Positions 57,002 to 64,000 of a stretch of DNA of 64,000 nucleotides are shown one piece after another. Origin of the DNA: a virus (lineage: Duplodnaviria; Caudoviricetes); the IMG/VR virus record IMGVR_UViG_3300022746_000020, positions 1 through 64,000 of that record. One strand, written 5' to 3'. A program made the translations under genes and the position numbers. The notes beneath the pieces are model-generated. The model saw nothing but the letters and a program-made list of their open reading frames with translations. It was not told where the DNA came from and ran no database searches. How positions within the stretch are numbered: the first letter of the stretch is position 1; each line of letters starts with the position of its first letter.

Positions 57002-58777
57002 ATGGGATATGGTGGCAAAATAGCCTCGCGCTCAGGTGACGTAAGAAGATTCAACTTTACAGGCAATGGATCGAACACAGCTTTCGATCTTGGTTTCTCG
57101 CCTGCAACACAAAACCAACTAATCATCACGATCAACGGCGTCGTTCAACACTACGATGCGTTCTCTGTTTCAGGCTCGGTAGTAACATTCACTGGCACGC
57201 CTGCGGCTGGCGATTATATTCAAGTCACAGCAGTTGTAGACGCTATCGGTGTGACTGGTATTCCAGACGGTGCGATCGCAAACGTATCTTCTTTGAAAGT
57301 CACAACTACGCCGGTGTTAATTGGTAATGCGGTTGGTACCTTCAGCAATCCAATCATCCAAGCAGCAAGCACAGCTAACAGTTGGATTCAAATTAACGCA
57401 CAGAATTTAAATAACGGCAACAATGCATCAACTGATGCTATTCTTGCTCGTTCTGATGGTAATGATAATGCTGGATACATCGATATGGGTATCAACAGCA
57501 ATACGTACAGCCAAGCTGCATACAGCATTATGACGCCGAACAGCGGCTATGTGTTTGTTAATGGTGGTGACTTGGTGCTCGGTACTCAGACTGCTCACAA
57601 CATCATTTTCCATACTGGCAATACGACCGCCAGTTCAGAGAGGCTGCGAATCACATCCAATGGCGCTATCGCGTTCCCAGACGGCACACAATTCAGCACT
57701 GCCAGTTCATTCGGAATGCGCAATCGTGTTATCAATGGTGCGATGGCATTCGATCAGCGCGCGTCGGGTAACCCACAAACAGGTGTCACTGGCGGGGCAG
57801 GATGGTATTTGGCGGACCGGTTTCGTATAGGTGGTTCGGCGCTCACGACAGGACGACTTACTTTCCAACAAGTCGTTGACGCCCCAGCTGGATTTAAATA
57901 TTCTGGCAAAATCACAACCACGGCCGCACAGACGACAACAACTGAAACTATTGTTTTATCGCACATCATTGAGGGGTTAAACACTTTAGATCTTGGCTGG
58001 GGAACAGCCAGCGCTGCTAACGTCACGTTGTCGTTTTGGGTTAAGGCATCATTAACTGGCACCTACCCTGTGGCGGTACGTTGCGATAATGCAAACGCAA
58101 CCTACGTTGCAACGTATACAATTAATAGTGCAAATACGTGGCAATATATAACGTTGAATATTCCTGGCCCAACATTTGGAACGTGGAGCACGACTAACGC
58201 AAATGGTATCCGTATCGATTGGGATTTGGGGTCTGGAACGAATGGGTCCTCATCTTCCGCTGGTAATGTAACTACGACTCCAAATGCATGGCAGACATAC
58301 GATGCGTTTAGAACGTCAACTAGTGTGCAGCTACAAGCTAACTTGAATGCGACATGGCAGATCACAGGCATTCAGTTTGAAAGGGGTAATGTGGCTACTC
58401 CATTTGAAGCGAGATCGTTCAGCACAGAACTGGCTTTGTGCCAGCGCTACTATCAAATCATAGCAGCAGGTTCGGGTGCACCCATTGGTATAGGTGCATT
58501 TGTTGGAACTACCGATTTCAGATTGTCGTATATGTTCCCTGTACAGATGAGAGCAGCACCTAGCGGCATAACGTGCGTCAGTGGTACTGGTTACTACCGC
58601 TTCTATTGGGGCAGTGGCGTAAGCTCGACGTTCAACGGATTTGTGCTAGACACTGCATCCCCACAAGGCATATCAATGTACACTGGTGGTGGTTTGTCGG
58701 GTGTTACAGCAGGCCAGAGTGGGTTCTGTTTAACAAACAATACAGCTGCGTATTTGGCAGCTAATGCGGATCTATAA
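57002..58777 (+). CDS. Fibre protein (MGYGG class; one FTGNG domain; repeat B; NRVING tip, copy 2)
   Basis: FTGNGSNTAFDL; GMRNRVINGAM; TGIQFERG..AT.FE.R...ELALCQRYY. Confidence 0.75.
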   Translation: MGYGGKIASRSGDVRRFNFTGNGSNTAFDLGFSPATQNQLIITINGVVQHYDAFSVSGSVVTFTGTPAAGDYIQVTAVVDAIGVTGIPDGAIANVSSLKVTTTPVLIGNAVGTFSNPIIQAASTANSWIQINAQNLNNGNNASTDAILARSDGNDNAGYIDMGINSNTYSQAAYSIMTPNSGYVFVNGGDLVLGTQTAHNIIFHTGNTTASSERLRITSNGAIAFPDGTQFSTASSFGMRNRVINGAMAFDQRASGNPQTGVTGGAGWYLADRFRIGGSALTTGRLTFQQVVDAPAGFKYSGKITTTAAQTTTTETIVLSHIIEGLNTLDLGWGTASAANVTLSFWVKASLTGTYPVAVRCDNANATYVATYTINSANTWQYITLNIPGPTFGTWSTTNANGIRIDWDLGSGTNGSSSSAGNVTTTPNAWQTYDAFRTSTSVQLQANLNATWQITGIQFERGNVATPFEARSFSTELALCQRYYQIIAAGSGAPIGIGAFVGTTDFRLSYMFPVQMRAAPSGITCVSGTGYYRFYWGSGVSSTFNGFVLDTASPQGISMYTGGGLSGVTAGQSGFCLTNNTAAYLAANADL

Positions 58778-58779
58778 TC

Positions 58780-59436
58780 ATGGCACTGACTAAAATAACA
58801 GCAACAAATATTGGATACACACCCGCTAACAAGGCAGGCGATGTTCTAACTGGTGCTCTTACAGTGCCAAACTTGGGTGTTGGTAGCGTAGCCGATTCTA
58901 ATACTACGAATAGAACAATCACATATCAGAATGCTGGAAAGAACTGGTATGTTGGATTGCGCGGCGACACATCTAATGCGTGGTCAATTGCTGATGATTC
59001 TGCACATCGAATGATGGTCGACGCTAACGGTCGCATCACGATGCCATACCAACCAAGCTGGTGCGTTGAGTATTATGGTATGACTGTGTCCGCAAGCACG
59101 ACATATAACTATACTGGTGGCACTGTGTTCATTAACAACGGTTCCTACTACTCAACGAGCACCGGCAGGTTCACTGCTCCCGTTGCAGGATACTACTTGG
59201 TGAGCGCATCGATTGAGCAGAGCACTTCGTCGGGCACGACTGGGTCAGTAGTAGTAAACAAGAATGGGGCTAGCCAGTTTCAAGCGCTCGCGTATAGCGC
59301 CATATACAACAGCGGTTCTTTGACTGGTATAATTTACTGCGCGGTAAATGATTACCTCACATTAACATCATATGGCAACAACGGCCTTTCTTACAACGTA
59401 TACACAACACGCTTCACAGGCCATTTGATAGGATAA
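58780..59436 (+). CDS. C1q-like tip protein (MALTK class)
   Basis: MALTKI; MPYQPSW...YSTSTGRFTAPVAGYY...FTGHLIG. Confidence 0.75.
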   Translation: MALTKITATNIGYTPANKAGDVLTGALTVPNLGVGSVADSNTTNRTITYQNAGKNWYVGLRGDTSNAWSIADDSAHRMMVDANGRITMPYQPSWCVEYYGMTVSASTTYNYTGGTVFINNGSYYSTSTGRFTAPVAGYYLVSASIEQSTSSGTTGSVVVNKNGASQFQALAYSAIYNSGSLTGIIYCAVNDYLTLTSYGNNGLSYNVYTTRFTGHLIG

Positions 59437-59440
59437 TACA

Positions 59441-60733
59441 ATGAGCTACTCAGGCGTACAACCAACATTCGGGACGTTCCCAAGCGATCTATTCACAGGT
59501 AATGGATCGAATACTGTTTTCACATTGTCGTCCGTTCCAGGAAATAAAGCAGCGTTGCTTATTTCGATCGATGGTGTTCGTCAGCACACCGACACATATT
59601 CGTATTCTGCTAACACACTATCATTCAGTGAAGCTCCTCCTAGCGGAGCTATCATCGAAGCGATCAATATGGGCTCTCGTGCCGATGTTGTCGTTACTGA
59701 TGGCGTATATCGCAAGTCTCAATTTACAGCAACGGCCGCTCAAACAAACTTCAACATTGCTACTGGATATACAATCGGCTTTGTTGATGTATATTTGAAC
59801 GGTATTCGTTTAGTTGTTGGCGATGACTATACAGCAAATGATGGTTCGACAATCATTCTAGCAGTTGCTGCAGCTGCAGGTGATGCCGTCGAAGTTGTTG
59901 CATATGGTACGTTCAATGTTGCTAATGCATTGCTAAAGTCTGGCGATACGATGTCAGGCAACCTAGTTGTTTCTGGCACATCGATTATGGCGACGCCGCA
60001 CGCGATTGCCAATACAACAGGCAACACTGTAGTTTTTGCCAACACTGGTGTAGTCACATTCAATGCAAACACCATACACGTTGGTGCTGCTACATTTAGT
60101 AATGCCGTATCGATAACAAGCACTATTACTGAAACTGTAAGTCCGCAGACTGCAATTGAAACGACGGTTCTTCAGATGACCGATAGTAGTGCTATCAATT
60201 ACTTGGGTAGTATACGCACATATAATAACGGCGGATACAATCAGTCGCTTCGTATATACACGACAAACTTGGGTGGAGCAAAATCAAACGAAATCAAGGC
60301 CATGGAACTAAACGGCAATGGTTACGTCACTATGCCATACCAACCAGCATTCAGTGCTGTAAAAACAGCAAACGTTGTCAATGGAACTGGCACATACACA
60401 AGCTGGCCAACTGTGCATGTTAATGTAGGAAACAGCTTCAATGCCACTACTGGTGTGTTTACAGCTCCTATTGCAGGCGTATATCAATTTACCGTGTCTG
60501 CTATGGCTAGCGGCACTGGTTATATTAACGTATTCATTTATAAAAATGGCACGAGTGTAGTGGGCGGAGGGGCACGTCCAGCCAACTCCACATACGATCA
60601 GGCAGAACGTACTATAATGCTATCGCTAGCTGTCGGAGATACGGTATATGTATCAGATGGGGTCGGCGGCAACCAGGCTGTATTCAGCGATAGTAATGGT
60701 TGGTTGTCGTTCCTTGGAAGGCTTGTAGGATAA
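59441..60733 (+). CDS. Fibre protein (MSYSG class; one FTGNG + one TATAxQ domain; C1q-like tip)
   Basis: FTGNGSNTVFTL; TATAAQTNF..VDVYLNGIRL; MPYQPAF..FNATTGVFTAPIAGVYQF. Confidence 0.75.
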   Translation: MSYSGVQPTFGTFPSDLFTGNGSNTVFTLSSVPGNKAALLISIDGVRQHTDTYSYSANTLSFSEAPPSGAIIEAINMGSRADVVVTDGVYRKSQFTATAAQTNFNIATGYTIGFVDVYLNGIRLVVGDDYTANDGSTIILAVAAAAGDAVEVVAYGTFNVANALLKSGDTMSGNLVVSGTSIMATPHAIANTTGNTVVFANTGVVTFNANTIHVGAATFSNAVSITSTITETVSPQTAIETTVLQMTDSSAINYLGSIRTYNNGGYNQSLRIYTTNLGGAKSNEIKAMELNGNGYVTMPYQPAFSAVKTANVVNGTGTYTSWPTVHVNVGNSFNATTGVFTAPIAGVYQFTVSAMASGTGYINVFIYKNGTSVVGGGARPANSTYDQAERTIMLSLAVGDTVYVSDGVGGNQAVFSDSNGWLSFLGRLVG

Positions 60734-60736
60734 TAT

Positions 60737-61948
60737 ATGGCACTAACAAAAGTAACATCTAACGTATTAGGCAATAGCGCAGTCACGTCTGCGAAGATCG
60801 CTCTATCAAATACTGGGTTGACGTTCAACGATGGCAGCAACCAAATGACTGCTGCATCCGGATTCGGTTTCAAGAACCGCATCATTAATGGTGCGATGAT
60901 GATCAATCAGCGAGGTGTGACTACATTGACTGTTAACAACGGCAATTCTTCGACTGTTGGTGGCACATACTTTCAGGACCGGTTCATACTACCTAGCGCC
61001 ACCGCAGTGTCGCAATATTCAACCACACCCTCAGCATTTACTTGTGCTGTAACAAACAACGCTGCGTCGATCGGATATCCGTTCTGTTTTTCGATTACAG
61101 TCAATACGGCAGGTGTGGGCGGAACGAACCGAGACATTTCGTTTATATCTCATAAAGTGGAGGTCGGAAACCTCAGCGATCTTGCGTACGGAACATCCAA
61201 TGCGCAACCAGCTACACTTTCGTTTTGGATTCGCTCGAGTCTCATCGGCCAGAGATCCCTATTCATATACAGTCCCATTACAAATCGATATATTCAGCCG
61301 TCGTTTACGATAAACGCTGCGAATACTTGGGAATATAAGACGATTACGATTCCAGGGGACACGACGGCATCATTTGGCACAACGATGAACGCTGAGGCCA
61401 TTCGGATTGAATTCCGCACATCCTGTTCCGGAACGACTCTGGCAGCAGCAACCAACACATGGGCAACGCTAAGCAGTCAACGTGCTGTAACTGGGGATGT
61501 TGATTTCTTCGGTACAGTCGGAGCAACACTAGATATTACAGGCATTCAATTTGAAAAAGGCCCATCAGCAACATCGTTCGATCATCGCCCATATGGATTA
61601 GAATTGTCCTTGTGTCAAAGATACTATGCTACCATCAATAACCCAGGAAACGTTTCCTATGCTAGATATTCATTAGGACTATGCCGCTCGACTGGAACGT
61701 CGTCGATGGACCTATACGTACATCTGCCAGTTCCAATGAGAACGACGCCAGTATTCAGTACGACAGGCAGCTTCGTTATGGATCCAGGAGCAATCGCTGT
61801 AAGTAGTATCAGTCTATATTCCGCTATTGCAGGATACCAGTACATAGCATTGGCGCCAGTGACTGCATCAAGCATGTCTGTTGGCCCAATATCACTTGTT
61901 CAGAATGCAACTACACAATCATCGTTGAACTTCTCAGCGGAACTATAA
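60737..61948 (+). CDS. Tip protein, NRIING domain copy 3 (MALTK class)
   Basis: MALTKV; GFKNRIINGAM; TGIQFEKG..ATSFDHRPY..ELSLCQRYY. Confidence 0.75.
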   Translation: MALTKVTSNVLGNSAVTSAKIALSNTGLTFNDGSNQMTAASGFGFKNRIINGAMMINQRGVTTLTVNNGNSSTVGGTYFQDRFILPSATAVSQYSTTPSAFTCAVTNNAASIGYPFCFSITVNTAGVGGTNRDISFISHKVEVGNLSDLAYGTSNAQPATLSFWIRSSLIGQRSLFIYSPITNRYIQPSFTINAANTWEYKTITIPGDTTASFGTTMNAEAIRIEFRTSCSGTTLAAATNTWATLSSQRAVTGDVDFFGTVGATLDITGIQFEKGPSATSFDHRPYGLELSLCQRYYATINNPGNVSYARYSLGLCRSTGTSSMDLYVHLPVPMRTTPVFSTTGSFVMDPGAIAVSSISLYSAIAGYQYIALAPVTASSMSVGPISLVQNATTQSSLNFSAEL

Positions 61949-61951
61949 AAT

Positions 61952-63067
61952 ATGTCAAGAGCAAGACAAGTATCACAATTAATTGGTGCATCTAATACTC
62001 ATGTAGTAACAACGCCAGCAACGTTTAGCAATACAGTCACTGTTGCTAACTCAGGCATTACGTTCGGCGATGCTACAGTTCAGAACACAGCTGCTAGTGG
62101 ATTTGGCTTTAAGAACCGCATCATCAATGGTGCGATGGTGATCGACCAGAGGAATGGTGGGGCCAGTGTTGCATATGGATCCACTACCACTGCTGGTAAC
62201 TATTATGGTTATAACGTCGACCGTTGGTGGGCACAAAGCTACTCTACAACCGCAGGTAACGGAGCAGCCTTTACGGTACAACAGTCAAGCGTAGCGCCGA
62301 CTGGAATTCCTAGTTCCATCGTTGCTACCGTCACCAGCTCGCAGACAACGCTTCAGAGCGACAGTTTATACCGCATACAACAAGTTATAGAAGGGTATAA
62401 TGTCGCTGATATTGGATTTGGATCTGCTACTGCATCAGCCGTTACCCTATCGTTCTGGGTCAGATCCAATCTTACAGGCACATTCACTGGCGTATTAGGC
62501 AACGACGTTGACTACGCCTACCCATTTACATACACAATCAATGCCGCAAATGTGTGGCAGCAGATCGTGATTACTATTCCAGGAGCGACAGCTGGTACGT
62601 GGCTAAAGAACAACGGCAAGGGAATACTGATTGCGTGGTGTCTTGGTGCACATACATCGCGCCTTGGTACTGCTGGTGCGTGGGTCGCTAGTGCAAACTA
62701 CCAAGGGGCTTCTGGTCAAACGAACTTCATGGCGACAGTTGGTAATACGTTCTACATCACAGGCGTTCAACTAGAAAAAGGCTCAACAGCGACATCATTT
62801 GACTACCGTCCATATACCACTGAACTCCAGCTGTGTCAGCGTTATTACGAAGTTGGTGACAACCAACTATACCTTCCAGTAGTCGCTGGCAACGCTGTTG
62901 CAGCTATAAATTTCAAGGTTACGAAACGAGCATCGGCATCCATTACTACTGTATATGGTAATGGTTCAGCATCGAATGTGGCTGGCTCTACCAACGGAAT
63001 AACTTGGGTTTACTATGGTACATCCCTAGTCCAGGTTAACTCTTGGACCGCTTCGGCTGAACTATAA
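61952..63067 (+). CDS. Tip protein, NRIING domain copy 4 (MSRAR class)
   Basis: MSRARQVSQLIG; GFKNRIINGAM; TGVQLEKGSTATSFDYRPY..ELQLCQRYY. Confidence 0.75.
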   Translation: MSRARQVSQLIGASNTHVVTTPATFSNTVTVANSGITFGDATVQNTAASGFGFKNRIINGAMVIDQRNGGASVAYGSTTTAGNYYGYNVDRWWAQSYSTTAGNGAAFTVQQSSVAPTGIPSSIVATVTSSQTTLQSDSLYRIQQVIEGYNVADIGFGSATASAVTLSFWVRSNLTGTFTGVLGNDVDYAYPFTYTINAANVWQQIVITIPGATAGTWLKNNGKGILIAWCLGAHTSRLGTAGAWVASANYQGASGQTNFMATVGNTFYITGVQLEKGSTATSFDYRPYTTELQLCQRYYEVGDNQLYLPVVAGNAVAAINFKVTKRASASITTVYGNGSASNVAGSTNGITWVYYGTSLVQVNSWTASAEL

Positions 63068-63084
63068 TCCACAATTCCAGCGAG

Positions 63085-63092
63085 CATAAATA
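63085..63092 (+). promoter_or_regulatory. Late promoter variant
   Basis: CATAAATA upstream of SD AGGAGA and ATG 63114. Confidence 0.65.
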
Positions 63093-63113
63093 CCTCCATC
63101 CTCAGGAGATATT

Positions 63114-63683
63114 ATGGCCGTCCCTAATTCTAGACAACAAGAAGCATTCGTATATCGGTGGACCGACAGTCTAACCGGTATGCTGTATCTTGGCGTCCAT
63201 AAAGGTACAGTGGACGATGGTTATATCTGCTCTAGTAAGTACATGCTGAAAGAGTATAAGAAGCGCCCCACCGACTTTACGCGCGAGATCGTTTCGCAAG
63301 GCCTTACAGAAGACATGCATGCGCTTGAAGTTCAGATGCTCGTAGAAGTCGACGCCGCACGCAATCCAAAATACTACAACAAGCATAATGGTGGTAACAA
63401 CTTTCTATGTTTAGGCCACACAGAGGACACTCGTCGCAAGATGAGTGAAACGTGGAAATCTCGCACTGAATTTAATTGTAATAATGTTAAGGCGATTGCT
63501 AACTGGCGCGGCAAGCATCACTCCGAAGATGCTAAGAACAAAATGAAAGAAGCTGCTAAGAACCACACAGCTAAGCGCTCGGCCGCAATGACCACGAACA
63601 ACCCAATGAAAGATCCAGCAGCCATTCAGAGAATGTTGGAAACTAGAAGAATAAACAAGGAGCTCCGCAATGGCCGTGCCTAA
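63114..63683 (+). mobile_element. Free-standing GIY-YIG (Seg-like) homing endonuclease with NUMOD3-like repeats
   Basis: FVYRWT......YLGVHKG...DGYICSS...F.REI...E..L.......YYN; HTEDTRRKMSE; GKHHSEDAKNKMKE. Confidence 0.88.
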
Positions 63684-64000
63684 TTCAAGACAATCCTTTA
63701 AAGATTACTGCCTTCGTAAACTAGGCTTCCCAGTAATTGAAATCAACGTAGATGACGATCAAGTTGAAGATCGTATCGATGAAGCGTTGAGCTATTTCTG
63801 GGATTACCATTTTGATGGTAATGAAAAGATTTACTACAAACACCAAGTAACTGCTCAAGATAGAGCAAACAAATACATTATATTGCCCGACAACATCATC
63901 GGCGCAGTAAGTATCTTTTCGATTGGCGATCCTGCCGTTCGTGCAGACGATCTCTTCAACATTCGCTATCAGATTGCTTTGAACGATCTGTATACATTGA
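63670..64000 (+). CDS. gp13: Neck protein gp13 (3' truncated by window edge)
   Basis: Hand translation MAVPNSRQSFKDYCLRKLGFPVIEINVDDDQVEDRIDEALSYFWDYHFDG. Confidence 0.92.
   Translation, partial: MAVPNSRQSFKDYCLRKLGFPVIEINVDDDQVEDRIDEALSYFWDYHFDGNEKIYYKHQVTAQDRANKYIILPDNIIGAVSIFSIGDPAVRADDLFNIRYQIALNDLYTL

Noticed and set aside
40286-63067. Diversity-generating retroelement or invertase shufflon behind the paralogous tips
   Set aside because: No reverse transcriptase or recombinase in the window. All copies are full co-oriented genes, and differences are mostly synonymous rather than adenine-specific.
63114-63683. Group I intron or intein in gp13
   Set aside because: No non-coding room for a ribozyme core and no intein termini. 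The ORF has its own stop and gp13 has a complete second start.
1-64000. tRNA or rRNA genes
   Set aside because: Coding density leaves almost no intergenic space and no cloverleaf was seen by eye; a tRNAscan/Infernal run would settle it.

Overview
This window is the virion-morphogenesis (late) region of a large T4-like myovirus. It has three parts. (1) 1-17.7 kb: baseplate genes (gp53, hub, gp5, PAAR, gp25, gp6, gp7, gp8) and a 2184-aa DUF4815/VrlC-like protein. (2) 17.7-27.9 kb: a Tyr-Thr-Gly repeat protein followed by a strand-alternating island of modification enzymes: three glycosyltransferase-like proteins, two Fe(II)/2OG-type oxygenases, a QueC-like ligase, a sulfotransferase, an APS kinase, a radical SAM protein, a fatty-acid desaturase and FabF. 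(3) 28-63 kb: about 35 kb of fibre, adhesin and chaperone genes, then a GIY-YIG homing endonuclease that duplicates the start of neck gene gp13. Two candidate undescribed systems stand out. First, an apparent docking code for a branched tail-fibre tree: in each of three repeated gene modules the number of putative acceptor domains matches the number of proteins with a given N-terminal peptide class. Second, a putative virion-protein decoration pathway (glycosylation, sulfation, hydroxylation, acylation) next to a YTGx hairpin protein, in a virion rich in Asn and N-x-S/T. All family calls come from motif recognition by eye; no database search was run.
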